Shown piece after piece: positions 43,013-56,951 of a stretch of 64,000 bases of DNA. The notes under the pieces are model-generated. The model searched no databases. It was not told where the DNA came from and saw nothing but the letters and a program-made list of their open reading frames with translations. Position 1 is the first letter of the stretch. Every line of letters begins with the position of its first letter. Source of the stretch: Dudresnaya verticillata (taxonomy: Eukaryota); contig OZ374562.1 in the NCBI GenBank assembly GCA_977862235.1, positions 1,984,001-2,048,000 of the forward strand, read 5' to 3'. The translations under genes were made by a program, and so were the position numbers.

Positions 43013-44184
43013 GACGGCTGACCTCCTCCTATCAACCGACCATCCCCTGCCAACATGGTGGACCAGGACTGTAGGTCGCGGACGCTATCATGATTGAGCT
43101 TCACTGTGTACTCCGGATAGCGGCCTCGTCGTCTCGAGTCTTCTCTTAAGGAGTCGTACAAACTGCGTGTGAAGAAGCGTGCCAATGGTACAGGAATAAG
43201 TTGGGATACCGCCTTGCCACAGAAGCTTGCCAGCAAGCTCTCCCGGACCCATCGTCGTCTTTGTCGAGACGTCTTTAGAAGTAGTCCAGTCATTTCTTGA
43301 ATTTGTTGGAGCCTTGAGGGAGATATGAAATATCTGAAGGCCACAGTGTCTATAACAAGACCCAGATGTTCCATTCGTGTAGCCCCGCTTCCCCGTACGC
43401 CTTTGGAAGGATGCCGTATCATTCCCAAAATCTGAAAAAGACAGTCTAGCCGAGCGGACATAGACTCGCAGTCCAACCCTGTACTTGGTCTTCTGCTGTC
43501 TCCGGGAGCTAGTAGATAGTTGTCGAGCCAAACTAACACGCGAAGTCCTAGTTCCTTGCGCATAAACCGGGTAAGGGGGCTCAAAAGCTTGACAAACCAG
43601 TACGGAGAAGCAGTCCAGCCGAATGGAAGTGCGATACAGCGATAATATAAACCATCGTAGCGAAAAAGGAACCAATCCCACATCCGAGGGTGGAGTGCGA
43701 AATGTCTGTAGCCGGAAGACCAGTCGAAGGACAGTAGATGGTCTCCGGGACAAAGACAGGCACCAAACGCAGACAAAGTTTCCATTCGAACAGACTTCTT
43801 GTCCCAGTGCTTGCTCTGCTCCTTGAGGTTGATGGTGAACCGCGGTTTTTCGCGCTGCCAAGTAACGAACGAACTTGAAATTAGAGCACCTTGGTCTACT
43901 TTCTGATGTGCGTACTCGGAACTCACCTGTTGGTAAGTCCCAATACCACAACCCTCCTGAAGCTCCTTCCTGCCAAAAGAGAGATCTTCTGGACTCTGAG
44001 GGATTTCGGGAAGTTCCCGTCCTGTGGTGAACGGGCGCTGCGGAGGATCCCACACTCCGAAAGTCAGAGTGCGGATGACGAAGGCGGACGCGTAGATTTT
44101 CTCCCAATTCTGCGCTCTTCGCCGGGTGCCGGCCCACCGAGCTTGGCGCCAGGGGCCAGGCATGGGGTTCTGCCCGGAAGGCAT
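42145..44184 (-). CDS. DIRS-type RT/RNase H/(MT) (unit 2)
   Basis: Same translation as 8153-10192. Confidence 0.92.
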   Translation of the reverse strand: MPSGQNPMPGPWRQARWAGTRRRAQNWEKIYASAFVIRTLTFGVWDPPQRPFTTGRELPEIPQSPEDLSFGRKELQEGCGIGTYQQVSSEYAHQKVDQGALISSSFVTWQREKPRFTINLKEQSKHWDKKSVRMETLSAFGACLCPGDHLLSFDWSSGYRHFALHPRMWDWFLFRYDGLYYRCIALPFGWTASPYWFVKLLSPLTRFMRKELGLRVLVWLDNYLLAPGDSRRPSTGLDCESMSARLDCLFQILGMIRHPSKGVRGSGATRMEHLGLVIDTVAFRYFISPSRLQQIQEMTGLLLKTSRQRRRWVRESLLASFCGKAVSQLIPVPLARFFTRSLYDSLREDSRRRGRYPEYTVKLNHDSVRDLQSWSTMLAGDGRLIGGGQPSWCLHTDAADVGYGATLGQDMQAGSPGEISVQGIWSPFLRLKSITLRELVAVRMALQDSWIQSRLTGDRSILLLHIDNMAVFHIVSNMVSAKKELMDELRLLHHVLVQMKVTIRAEWLPSALNRHADTLSRTWNPRDLRATPSLMQSVANSLQLQVVRRFWPLGEAPIARRKVILAQFHEHWGDGKSRLWNPPPPWITATLLKIKTEGAHGVIVVPNWTGAPWFCLLSRLLLSSLVISPKPGQQLFTSERANPAWGLLLAEVGRPRPKLCKEESPLLSLQLQQEELQSH

Positions 44185-44681
44185 TATCCCTTATAGTCTG
44201 GCTTCCCGCTACCGCTGGTAGCGTCTTTTGCCAGACTCTTAGCTGTCTCGATGACATATTTAGCAGACAGTTCTTGGTAGACATCTGCATAGGCCTCTGA
44301 TGGAACCTGGTGTCGCTTGGCTTCGACTCGTGTCTCAACAAGTTCGGCAATTTGGTTGGCCTGACTTTGTCCTTTCGACAGTACAGTCTGAAAGTGAGCG
44401 GTGCGCATGGAGAGGACTTCTTGAGCACCATTGAGGCCTTCTTCGACGATACCAAGCAAGCGGAACTGCTTGTCGACATCTGGCTCGCCAGTAAGCAGCG
44501 ACAGTGCTGCGAGGGACTGCTCAACCCAGCAGCCTGCTGCATGAACATATTCGAGCTCTTTTGCATTACGGCGGTCCTTCCGATGCGTCTCGAGGTAGAG
44601 TGTAGTCTCAGGCTTAAAATAACCGACTTCATTGGGAAACAAGAGGCTAGATCGAGGCCGCAGACCTCGCCGCCCCACCAT
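44184..44681 (-). CDS. gag: gag-like ORF1 of the YR element (unit 2)
   Basis: Same translation as 10192-10689. Confidence 0.65.
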   Translation of the reverse strand: MVGRRGLRPRSSLLFPNEVGYFKPETTLYLETHRKDRRNAKELEYVHAAGCWVEQSLAALSLLTGEPDVDKQFRLLGIVEEGLNGAQEVLSMRTAHFQTVLSKGQSQANQIAELVETRVEAKRHQVPSEAYADVYQELSAKYVIETAKSLAKDATSGSGKPDYKG

Positions 44682-45628
44682 GCCAGCAGCCAGCTGGTGA
44701 TTAACAAGCGAAGCCTAATCCGAAGGTTGGGCAGCGGAAATAGAAAGTGAGGATTAAGGGGATTGGGTTCGGTCATTGGTTTGAGTGGTTCACCTGTCGA
44801 TTAGACGGAAATCCTTTGTTCTCAGCTGTGATGAGAACGAAGGAAAGCACTTGCCGAGAGAGCGATGGATGCGTTCGGCTACGGTATTATATAGGCCGGG
44901 GAGAACTATTGTCTGCGACAGACGGTATAGTTTTCGCATCCACACGACAGGAATGCAAGTCAGAATTGCCCGAAGAGGCTACAGTGCAGTAACTGTTTTC
45001 GGTAGCAATTCACTGATGCCGATTGCGGAGCCTGTAGACGAATTTGTAGACGCCGCTGTCGGCACTCACAGCTCTGACTTGGGGACGTTCGGCACGCTCG
45101 CTACCCTTGGCATGACTTTTCAACTGTGTAAAGCGATTGGGACACAAACTGAAATTGTGAGCTGATGGAACAGCACCTATGCAATGACATCCATCAGTCG
45201 GTCCTTCGAGATTTCTTTTTTGGGTTGAAGTGGAACGAAAGGCGAGAATCGTTCAACAAGTTTTCAAACCGCCGGAGATCCACATACTTATCTCTGCCGG
45301 CGGGAATTGTGGACGAGGGACGCGGGAGAACCGTTTCTTGGGAGGGCTACCCCCCACAGTACAGGAACAGGCTTTACTCATTTCAGGTGGGTCTGATTAG
45401 GGTTTGGGTCGGGTTTCCAACCTCTGCACCACCCAGATTGGTCGAGAAAGCGTCAGGGAGGTTCATGATCCTACAACGGGAACGATGATTCCGTCAATGC
45501 GGAAGAGCACATTCGTGGATTCTCCAGAGCCGCAGTCTAGAGGCGGAAACCCTCAGTACGGAGAGCTCAGATGAACGGCCATAAAATGTGACTATTGCAC
45601 GTAGATGGGGCACATATCAAGGCATTAG

Positions 45629-48241
45629 AGGGTTTACGAAAAATCATGTGTGAGTATACTTGCCACCCTGTGCGACGTGCACCTATGCAGTGAGTATTGC
45701 AGAAAAGACAAACATTGCTATTACGCGAAACAAAACTAGGGTACTCTACAACGCAAGAACGCCCACAAGCACATCTGAAACCCTTCGGCAACCGTCGTCG
45801 TTTCAATCCAGCAGTCATTTCCGTGCACCAAAGACACTGCATAACAAGAAATGGCATTCGCCGAGAACCAAGCAGGTACAGCCTGTTACTAAGAGGTTTC
45901 GCTGCAGATACGTCCGTATAGATGATGCACGCGCTCTGGAAAAGGTACAAAAGACCCAGGGGGTGTTATGAACGTACAACATCGCAGGATGCAGATTAGC
46001 AGAGCTGTTTTCAACGTAAACATATACAGCGACGAACAGACCCTACAAGACTTCCGCTTTCGCACTTGGGACATATTAAGATATCCGAGATTGTTGGGTG
46101 GAACTGTAGAAAAGTCAAAAGGAACCCATACTGTTGTAACTCCATAACCACATGCAGTATTATTCTCAGATGCCTTTTAGCTTCTTGCAGTGGTATGATT
46201 TAGAAACCGCTTTTGGGACGTGCTCCTCTGCTCTCTCAGAATTGTTCCGGGAGGTAGAATAGTATTTCGTTGCAAACAAAAGCTACCTACTCGCATTTGG
46301 TCAAAACATGATGGTAGAACGTGCACCGTTGTACGCAGAGAGCATCGAGAAGCGAGGGGCGCCACTCAAAACGTATTTTGGGTTCATGGACTGCACCCAA
46401 GTAGGGATAGAGAGGCCAGGGGTGACCTTTCAAAACAAGGATCGTGCTACTCAGTACTGAAGCGCATTCACTGCTTGATATATCCAACCGAAACCACTCC
46501 TAACAGTCTACTATTCTCGCTGAATGGGACTGAAGTAGGCCGCCCGCATGGCATTACTCTGTACCAACAGAGTGGATAGAACAGGGGCTTTCGATATGTC
46601 TGTCTAACAACGGGGTCCATTACTACTTGTACGTGAACTCTGAATACAAAGTTAAACCTTAAATGCAGTTAAAATTTGACCGAAGCGCTGCTACCGATGA
46701 TCAGCTTGTGTTTAACGCTGCATTGAGTGCTGTAAGAGTTGCCGTGGACTGGAACTACTCGGATATGAAGCAGACATGGACGAGAAAAGACTTCGCGAGG
46801 GAACTTCAAGTTTTCATAACGTCTATTGCGCTCCTTTACAAAGCCTCCGGTCTACGTCTCAACTTCAAGACATGTGTCATGATATATGGGCAGATGTATA
46901 ACAAATTCCAATGCCCTCCACCTTCGCCTGGAGAATATCTGAGCTGTTTAACAACCAAATTATGTCGCGATAGTGTAGCGAGCGAGCACCAGGCCGTGAG
47001 CATAGCGCGCCACTCGGAGAGAGGAACGAGCGGAAGCGCCTTTCGGATAGCTAGCGAAGCGATTCTGATGCTAGGCAACTCGTACGCCGACAAGAAAAAT
47101 TCAAAGGGTAAACGAATGTGTACAGCTTCTACATTAGCATATCGAACTCTGCAGATATCGTTTGTCTCTGTTTCAGAGCTATGCGTCGCTCTTTTTATTC
47201 CAGTGCGAACCATTTCCCATCCAGATCGATCCAACTGCGATCAATGGTTGCTTGGGCCCTCTCAAAACCATTGTCGCGCTTCTTCCATTTCTCGAACCTC
47301 TATTCCTCCAGCCTGCGTCCTGACGAATAATGCGCCTCTCGTTGCTTCATTTTCTGTAGGAGCCAAGAGGAGACCTCATCATCTGAATCGTTTCGTATCG
47401 TACGCTTTACGATGATATGCTTTTGAACAAATGACAGTAAACCCCCCCTACAGCATCATTATCATCCGCTGTGTCTTTACTTCCATTGCCCCGGCGACCC
47501 AAGGCTTGAAACTGGATTCTATATGCGGCCTTCTACAGGCAACAGTCGCCACGGCTTTGCTCGTCCTTGAAATTCCGATCTGCCTCTCCGTTTTTATACA
47601 TAGAAAGGATGAGATCAACTGAGATCATCTAGAAGCTTGTCCTTCTCGATAGCCCTTCCAAATTTCCGGATAAAAGCTCATTTCTCTTGACGTCCTCCCT
47701 TCTCCTCGCAACAAAGGGCTTAAAGGGATCGGAGATAATATTTGCCGTGGGCTATTGGAATATGACGAAGATCCCGGCGGAGTTCGGCAACTGTACTAGA
47801 AACGTTTGGAGCGCTGTTGAAGAGCGGCTCGCCCTGTTCCCATTTCGCGACATGCGCCTTCGAGTCTGCGACCGCATTGAGAAGGAAGATTTCTTGAGCG
47901 GGCGTGAAGTGGAAGGCCGTCTTAGCCTTGGTCATAACGGGGTTGCGGACGAGGGATGACTCGGCAGTCCAGGAGGGGACAGGGGCGGAGGTTGGGATAG
48001 GGTCTGCCTTGGTCGGTTTCCGGTTGGTGTCAGGTGATCTGGAGACGAAGGCGCGCATCTCGTTCCGGTGCGTTTTGGACCTTTTTTCGCGCAGACGCCT
48101 TCTAATACTTTCTCGAGTGAGGCTGTGGCCGCACGAAGATTCAAATGCAATCCACGCGTATTTCTCGAGAACGATGCAATACTTGAAACTTGTTGCACAT
48201 GGACAGGCAAGTTTCAAGAACAATTTTATTGTGTAAACCCT
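45629..48241 (+). mobile_element. Decayed PIF/Harbinger-like transposon (unit 2)
   Basis: Copy of 11637-14249. Confidence 0.8.
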
Positions 48242-48391
48242 ATATTTTCCAAAGAAGAAGGCTGATAAGGAAAAGGACCAGGAAAAGAAGCCGCGGAGAA
48301 AGAACCCGTATCCGACGAATCCCGTAACTAGGGAATGGCGGTGATGCTGGCAAGGACGTTTTAGGGGTCGTTTGGGGAGCCCAAGTCGGGA

Positions 48392-51042
48392 TTGTCCGCG
48401 GGAGACAAGGAAGCGATCTCGCTTCGTGTAACGGTGTGGCGGCAGGAGCTCTTGGCACCAGCGGATTCTTGTGCCGTGTCCGTTTGGGTTGCTGGGGATT
48501 GCTTTGAGCAGAGAGGTATTAAGGTTTGTGGGAAGGGGGCCAGAGTAGTGCAGTGGACGGCTCAGACCTCAACTTTGAGCGGGAAGGGATGCTCTCCTTC
48601 GCGTTTTGGGGCCACATCTTTCGCGAACTAGTTAGATAATCAGCCGCGTTCCCGACTGGCTGCTGATAAGACGGAGATTCTTACGCAGACAAAGCCTCAG
48701 AATAGACTTCAGGACTGGCCAAACCTCGATAATAGCGGACGGAAAACGTTTTAAAGGCACCATAGGAAAGTATTCCCGGCCGGCTGGCCAGAAAGAGATG
48801 ATACGAACAGTCCTGGAAGGGCTCTAAGCAGGAAAAGCTGGAACGAAAAGCTTCGGAGAAGTTATTCCAGGGAGTTGTTGTGGATTATGCGGTGTCTCCG
48901 TAAGCTGCGAACAATTTTTTGTCAGAAAGAAGGACGGAGGCATCAGAGTAACACCAGACTTCCGAACATTGAATGATGTAACGGTCACCGATGAGTATCT
49001 TATGAACGATGTGCGCAAACGTCTTAAAGAGTGAACGTCTTAAATTGAATGGCAAGCATGCGCATATTCTCAATTTTTGACTTGAAGCAGGGGTTCTTAC
49101 AGTTTGCATTTGAGGAGCCTTGGAGGACCCTCACCGCAATCTTTACCGTAGTAGGGTCGCTGCCGTACATCAGGGTACCTATGGGCTTGAGAAACGGGCA
49201 CGGAACCTCTTCGATGCATCGTAAACCTTATGGCCATGAAGGATCAGGACGCCATGGCGTTAATGAGTGACATGAGCACGGGAACGGTGGATAAATCCTG
49301 CATCTGGAGAATCTGGAGGTTATCCTAGACGAGCACTACAATGCCGAAGTGCGACTCAAGTTCAGCAAATGCAGGTTCGGGAATCGTACTGTAGACGTTC
49401 TGACGCACCAGGTGGACGTGTATGGGCTGCATCCTTCTGACGGACACATGAAAGCCATAAAATCTCTGGTAGAGCCGAATTCTGAAGACGAGGCAGTACG
49501 GGTCCTGGGGATCGTGAAATACTTCTGAGAATTTCGCGCCACTCTAGGGAGAAACCGAATCCACTTTATGATTTACTGAAGGAAACGGGCCTCTCGAAGA
49601 AGCAGCACCACTCTCAGAAGCTATTAACTAAGGACTGAGATGAGAGGTCGGGAGAACCACTGGTGCAGGCCTGGATTGAGCTAAAGGAGGCCCTAAACCA
49701 CCCGAACTTTCTGGTGGCCCCCAGAAGGAATGCAGCTTAAAGGATTATGATGGACGCCAATGGTTACGGGTTGGGAGCCATGCTCCTACAGCAGGACGAA
49801 GAGGGAGACCGAAAGCCGGTAGCTTTTTACCAGTAGGTTGCTAGTGAGATTAATAGGAAATAGAATCGCCTCCACGCTCTCTCAGCCCATTTATTTAACG
49901 CCAGGTCGCGGCACTGCTGTCTGCTACCTCTATCCGTAAGGAACTACTGGTATGACACCAATTGATCAAACAGAGTGTGCATTCAAACTCTTGCTTGTTC
50001 GACAGGGAGACGGTGATGTAACGAAAAGGATCTCCCAGAACCGCGTTCGTGGGCATTCAAGTACTGATTATCTGGAGAAGAAGGGATTTTACGGGATTGC
50101 AATGCATTTCGTGAATAATTAGAATACTCGTCTCGCCCCGGCTCTTGACTCGGGTACGATTGATATGGCATTGGGAGCTACAGAGGGACTCGAAAATAAC
50201 GTCTTCCAGCATTTTCTCGCTGAGGCCATACGCCACGGTAACTTAGAAGTATTCTAAATCTGCCTGCAGAGAATGAAAGACTTGGATAGGCTCATGTTGT
50301 TGTATATCACTACTGGCAACTTCGAGAAGCTTTCCAAGGTATTGATGTCCAAACTGTCACTCCGCGTACCATTTCAGAGAATCTTAAGGTCTTTGAAATT
50401 ATCGATGTGTCTAACCGCTTCGCGCGAGCAGTTGCCATCTCGAGGAGAAAGCCGATTTAATCTCCGATGCGTCATAGCGGAATGGGTCTGGATATTTGGC
50501 CGTATAGAGGTCCTGCAGTCAGACGGCGGGACAATAATTATGTTCAAGGTCATGGATCACCTTTCTGATCAGCTAGGTATTGGTCGCATGAAGATATTTT
50601 CATATCAATCGCAGGCTAAAGGAACCGTCGAGTGTTGGAATAGAACGTTTGATCGCGATTTTGCCAGCTACATAGCAACGGAGGTGGTTTATTGGGATGC
50701 ACATGTGGCCCTCGCATGCTGGGGTACAATACGAGTGTGTGCTCTGCGACAGGAATGACATCGTATCAAGCTATGTCTTGGGATAGAAGTTTGAGGCATG
50801 GAGCGACATGGATGTGGGAACAACTGGCGAGGAGCCGGAAAGGATCGCACCCCGTCTGACCGAGCTTCACAAGCATCTACTGAGTCGAGTAAGGAAGGCT
50901 TTTCGTCACTGCAAGCCACAGTACGGTAAGACAGTGAGGGAAAGAGGGATATGATATTAAATGTTGGTGACAGTGTCTTGGTATGGCCTGCAAACCTTAA
51001 AAGGGTATGGGACGTAATATATTCAATCCCTGGTTTAAACCG
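48392..51042 (+). pseudogene. pol: Decayed gypsy D pol (unit 2)
   Basis: Copy of 14400-17050. Confidence 0.82.
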
Positions 51043-53810
51043 CACAGGATCGCCAAGAGGCTGGAAATGGTGGGATATGAGCTCCATCCGGAGTCAGCGA
51101 AAAACGAACAGGTGTACGTGCCAAAGGGCTCCGCAGAATCGGCACTGAGGTAGTGGAGACGGGGAAGCTGCACCACATTGTATTTCCAGACAGTTTGAAG
51201 ATGTCTACGAAGGTATCCGCCGTAAAGATTGTCCAGGACAAGGAAGAAAATCGTTTCATTTCTTCAAAGCCAGCATAGAAGGAAGAGGGAATGATTCGCA
51301 GACGTCGGAAATGGATCTACCGGAGGTTTTCATTAAGCTGTTTGCCCGTCCCTGCGCTAAGGATCTCCTCACCACGGCTGACCCAAATGGAGCCGATGCA
51401 GACGAAGATAGAAGCAATGGTCCAGATAATGCAGTTGACGAAAATAATGCGGTCGGTGGACAGGTAAAGGCCGAGGATAAGCATTAGGCTATGACTCAGT
51501 TCGGTAGTAACTCAGAAGACGCTTATGTCCATAATCCCCCTCCGCACTCTGAGCGGCGGAACCGACGGGGCAACCACTCTCGAAGACCTCGAGATGAACC
51601 TCCAGTGGAGCAGGCATGACAATAATTTTAGGACGTTCTGAAGAGCACTGGAAGTCGTCCGCACAATGTGACTACTCGATAACTGGAAAACCGATAAGGG
51701 ACGAGTGGTGAAGGCATTGTGGTGCTGCAGTATATTTCTATTAGTAGAACGAGAATTGATCACAACGAAAGGTTGCATGCAAATCGAGGGTCGCCCACAG
51801 GCGGTAGGAAGGGTCGAGCCGGTTCGAAGCTTATATCCTCTACACGTCGTAGATTCGGAGAGCAGAGAAGGAGGGAGCACAAAGGGTACAAGTATCACGG
51901 AAGCGAGGCTACAAAAAGTATAAGCATGAAGAATAATATGTGTTTTGTAAGCAGATTGCTGACCGATGTTCACGGACACGTAGGATACTCCAGATTGTGC
52001 ATGACATGCACATTGTGCGTGCTGCCCTGCGCGCTGGGAACCTACCGGGGCTACCAATGTGAGCGTCTGATGTGGACTGTGTTACTGACCTACACAGTAC
52101 CCCTTTGACCAATCATAGGGTTCTTGGTTTGTCCCCGCCAGAGGCCCATAAGTAACGCTATTCTGAAGCGTCCACGTGTGTAGAGTGCCCACTTCTGGAA
52201 GCCCTTCACTATAATAGAGACTTTATGCAATTTCGATAACTCCTTTTGCGGGAATATTGCCGTCATAGCCCTCTACTGAGTCTTACCCTACAGAAAGCAC
52301 CGAGTATCTATCATTGTGGTGAAGGAGACACTGCACCCCGACCCAAAGGCCGTTTCCAGACGGGGTGTCACAAGCTGACGCTACATCCTCTCCTCTCTGA
52401 TTCGCCGCAGAACCCGAGGGACATATGTCTCATATTAGCTCCTGTCGGGAGGTATAGCACATAAGTGCATGGAGGCGCGGTGAAGCCTTGTAACTTTCAA
52501 CGATGGATTCGGATACAATCGGATGGCCTCATAGCCGAACGAACACGACTACAACGAAAAGGAATGCAGTGAATGGTAGAGCGTAAGTGACGAACGTAAA
52601 CGGACCACGGCATCGACGAATACATATCCGAGAAGGGAACTCTTGAGGTAACCAGCATCGCTTGTGACCCGGACGCACGAATATATCGGAAGCGAGACTC
52701 TACAGTACCCGCGAAAATGTAGACGAAGAAGCGTAAACACGAAGGACACGCCATTTACTGAGAAAGGAATCCGAGGTACGGCGTTGGTTGCTTGGTAGGT
52801 ACGATCGGACCTTTTCTCAGATATCGATTAAATACTACCTGCACGATTCATAAATCTTCTTCAACGCGGGAGACGGGTCAAACCTTGGATAATCCGTAAC
52901 GGCTTCGGAACCTGGCAAATAGCCGTCTCCCGTATGGAGGCTGTTGCGCCCCACCAGCAAACAACGCGGAGTCGCGCCGTTTCGCTGGCTGTGGTGTAGT
53001 GAAAGGCACACCTGTAAGGAGAGCTGATCAGGCAATCCCAATACGGAGTGATCTCACACGGCACCGGGTGGTCGAGCTTAGTTCGTAGACCGAAGGGAGT
53101 ACCTCGAGCGGCAACACCTGTAAGGAGTAAAGGGACGCAACAGACAAGGGGGAAGGTACAGTGCCAGGGCACCTAGACCGGGACGGAGGTAAGAGGAATC
53201 CGTGCACGGGGCTGGCGAGGGGAAACCGTGAAGGAGTATGAGGGTAGGGCCTAGGGTAAGTCACTTTGCCCAGAGTTGCGTACCCATTTACTTAGGACTC
53301 GCGGTGGCCACCCATTAATATACTGGGAGATACGCCCCGCGGTCCGCTCCGTGTGGGCCAGACCCCAATGGTTCTGGTCCACCAGGTGGGTCCGGCCCTA
53401 CTGGTCCCGGTCACCGTTGCGGACATGCTCGGCATTCTCATTGGCCGGCTGACACTACGTACTGTACAGCATCATTACAATTACCTAATTTCAAATGAAT
53501 CAACTACTTGGCTCCTATTGGTGGTGCGCGCAGACTCCAGCAAGGCGTACAGTGCTACTGTATCGCTGCACTCCCGTTCGGTTTTTGGCGCCAGCTCACC
53601 GGTGCGCCGGTCGCGAGTCGGCTCAGCCGTCGTCGGCACTCCACAACGGCCGCTTCACCACAGACCCCCCTCCTTAAATGGTGACACGTACTCGTTCGCC
53701 TCGGGAGTTGGGTTCACACTCCGCTCCGGTGCACCGCCACATTCCATCATCCGCTCCCTTACCAACTGGTTCATCATCCTGCAGGTCAACCAACGCGTTC
53801 TTCCATTCCG

Positions 53811-55631
53811 GTGTGCCGCTTGCCATGGCGGGTGGCAGCACTGACCGCGGGCGGCCCCCTTTTCAACCGACGCGGCGTGCGCCGTCGACGGGGGAGGTGC
53901 CGGCCGCGGAGGTGCCCACGCAACAAGACGAAGCGCGGGCGACTACCATACTGGAGTCTCCGACTGTGGCGGCAGGAGCCCCAGGGCATACGGCGAGCCC
54001 GAGGGTGCCACGCCGCCGGCTCAGGGGCGAGGGCCCGATGGCGAGCACACCGCTTCCGGATCGTCAAGTGGGAGACTGGGCGCATCGGCCTGGCAGGTCT
54101 AACACCGAAATGGAGTACCGCGCAAGCGGCGAGCCACGGCAGGGGGCATCACGCCAGTTGCGGCGGGGCAGCAATGGTCAACTCCGCACGGGTGTTACGA
54201 TGCGTGGGGCAGGATCACCCGTATGGTCGGACTGGGAACGTTCAGCGACTGCCTTCACCGATGAGGGGTGGCGTGATTACTCCACTGGGGCCAAGGTCGT
54301 ACACTCCAGCTGTGTATCGGGGGCTCGTGAGTTCAACCGAGTACACCGATGAGGCGACGTGGTTGGGTCGCGAATACGACCACCGTACAGGTCGGCGTCA
54401 CCGCACCGAAGAGGAGCGCTACATGCTCCGCCTCCCCCTTACCTTTTCGTTGTTCGTGATGGATTACGCCGAGACGTTGGAGGGGCGCCGCTATAACGCC
54501 GTGATGGAGTCCAGTCGGCTGATCAACCACAAGTGGTTTCCGAACTGGCGGGAAGAAATGTGGAAGTCCCGCTGGATTCACTCCGCTTGCCGGACACGGA
54601 CTCCGCGTTGGTGTGACATCGTGTGGGTGCGGTGTCAGGAAGAAGAGGGTTACGCCGAGAAGGTGTTCCGCTTATTTTTGTCCGCACATCGGCTGCAGAA
54701 TCGTCCGTTGGGTGTGGAGTTCGTGTGCTACACCAAACCGTACGACCAGGGCGTACATTGGTTTGGCAATCCGCAACGGTGGTCCGACGACGTAGCGAAG
54801 GAACACCGACTCCGCTTGCGGGATCGCGATGGGCGCCGTTTAGGCAGGGCGTTACTCCACACTTGGAATACCCACGAATGCTTCCAAGTGCCATCGTCGT
54901 CGCGCCACAGCCTCTACCTTACCGCGCCGGAGTGGTGGGCCGAATACGAGGTCACCCGCTGGCTTTCGGTGCCGAATCCGACAGTGGTGGCGTACTTCAC
55001 GAATCGGTTCCTTCGACACCGTAATTGGAAAGAGTTACACCCAGGCGGAGAGAAGTCAATCGATCACCCACAGATGGCCGTTTTGGAGTTAATCCTTCGT
55101 TCGGAGTGGGCGATGTTCGTGCTCTTTTCGTGGCTACAAGTTACCTATCGCGGTGTGCGTTCGAACACGAAGATGGCCGATTGGAGAGCATTCCCAAGAG
55201 ACAGCACCGAGCCGGAGGGTGGTGACTGTGGGCGCATTTTCGAGTTGCCCGCCAAGGTCGTCTCGCTCATACACCAAATGGGAGTAGCCGCGCTCGTGGA
55301 GGGGACCGAGTATCCGTTGGAGCGCGTGCAGCGGTTGTTGACGGTTCACGCGAGCACCAACTGGAAGAAGACACCGGGTTTCGTTGGCTACCATTGGGAA
55401 GACGACCGGGTGTTGTCCGTTCCGCCGCTGATCCCAGGGTGCGGCCTGCCTTACTACTTGTCGGCAGAGGACCCCAATCCGGTGTGGTTACTTGATGAGG
55501 AGATGGCCAACTGGCATGCGATGCGATCCCACGCAAGGCACTATCCAGTCACGAAGGGGCCACCGAGGCGGCCGGGACATCGCGAGTGGGGTATGCCGTC
55601 TGGAGCACGTGAGCGTGGCGGGAACCCCTGA
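53811..55631 (+). CDS. Antisense orphan ORF of gypsy A (unit 2)
   Basis: Same 606-aa translation as 19819-21639. Confidence 0.72.
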   Translation: MCRLPWRVAALTAGGPLFNRRGVRRRRGRCRPRRCPRNKTKRGRLPYWSLRLWRQEPQGIRRARGCHAAGSGARARWRAHRFRIVKWETGRIGLAGLTPKWSTAQAASHGRGHHASCGGAAMVNSARVLRCVGQDHPYGRTGNVQRLPSPMRGGVITPLGPRSYTPAVYRGLVSSTEYTDEATWLGREYDHRTGRRHRTEEERYMLRLPLTFSLFVMDYAETLEGRRYNAVMESSRLINHKWFPNWREEMWKSRWIHSACRTRTPRWCDIVWVRCQEEEGYAEKVFRLFLSAHRLQNRPLGVEFVCYTKPYDQGVHWFGNPQRWSDDVAKEHRLRLRDRDGRRLGRALLHTWNTHECFQVPSSSRHSLYLTAPEWWAEYEVTRWLSVPNPTVVAYFTNRFLRHRNWKELHPGGEKSIDHPQMAVLELILRSEWAMFVLFSWLQVTYRGVRSNTKMADWRAFPRDSTEPEGGDCGRIFELPAKVVSLIHQMGVAALVEGTEYPLERVQRLLTVHASTNWKKTPGFVGYHWEDDRVLSVPPLIPGCGLPYYLSAEDPNPVWLLDEEMANWHAMRSHARHYPVTKGPPRRPGHREWGMPSGARERGGNP

Positions 55632-56951
55632 GCGGATCAGGAAGAAATTACACCCGTGGTAATGATGGGCATCGAGCTAACGCGTGAAGATCCGAGGGTG
55701 TTGGTGCCCCGCTAGTCGCCAGAGGTTGAGGCGAGGAATCGCAATCGCGCGGTGGTACCGCCGAATAAGCCCGTAACGGTGTCTCCAAAAGGAGCAGAGG
55801 CGCAGGGGCCGGAGGTTGTGTTGCCTCCGCCTGCACCACCGGCGCACACCAATGCGGTTCCGCTTAGGCAGTGGTGCGGCCGAGGGTTAGTGAGGCACTT
55901 ACTCCACCAACTACGGCAGCTATGATTACCAGCGTGGAGACCCAGCCAGTAGCGCGGGCAGCCAAGAACGCTCAGCTGGGACCCATCGGAACGCCAGAAG
56001 ACGCCGATGCGGAAGTGACTACCACACCAATGGGAAAAGCAAAAACTACACACCGTGGGGGGTGAATCCGTCCTCCACATTGCAGGGCGATACAGCAAAG
56101 CGGGGCGACGTGGTCAAGCCGACGTCGACGGAGTCGAGTGACTCCGTCGTCTGCGGCACACCCTTGAATCCAGCTGGTACCGCGGCAAGGCCTACCGATT
56201 CCGTCACGGTCAAGAAAGAGAAGGACACCGATGTGTAAATGGCGACGTGGTGCGACGCGGATTTGCGTGTCGATGGGGCTGCCCTGCAGCGACTCCGCGA
56301 AGGGTGTAGAGACGCGGGTATGCCTCTTCCAACGTCGGCAAACGAGGCCATTAACACCGCAGTGCTGTGGGTCGGGTCTCTGGTGCGCCTGCGGCGTACC
56401 ATTCGCGCTTTGCGTCGTCTAATGACAGACACCGGTAGGAGACTCACCATGATACCGCAAGGGTGTATGGTGGGGACATTCCCGGCTTGGAGGAGAGTGC
56501 GGCCAAAGAGGAGGATACGGAGGCTGACCTGGCGCCACCAGCGAAGCGCCCGCGGAATGCAGTGTAATTGCGTAGTAATGCCACTTGTCAATAAAATCTC
56601 TTGATTTGTGTGAGCCCCCTTCCACTGGCGGAAGGGAAGTGGAATAACACCACTGTGGAGTGAGTCCCGAAGTGGCGGGGGTACCCTCCACCACACAAGG
56701 CTTTGCGTCAGGTTGACGACCACCTAATGCCAGAAGTGGTTGCGCGCTTGTCGGCAATTCACCAATATGGAGTAGAGCCCCTTGGGCAAGGGTTCTATGA
56801 TTACAGATTCCACAGGCCATGCCCGTTTTGTGCCAACGCCAAGTCACCAATATGGAGTAGAGCCCCTTGGGCAAGGATTCTGTGGCTACCGAGTCCACGG
56901 GTCATGCCCGGTTTTGCCAAAACCACTACTGCGTGGGTGAGTAGCAAATGG

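Larger units (their letters stand above)
40636..45155 (-). mobile_element. YR (DIRS/PAT-like) retrotransposon (unit 2); direct repeats 40809-41131 and 44833-45155
   Basis: Copy of 6644-11163. Confidence 0.88.
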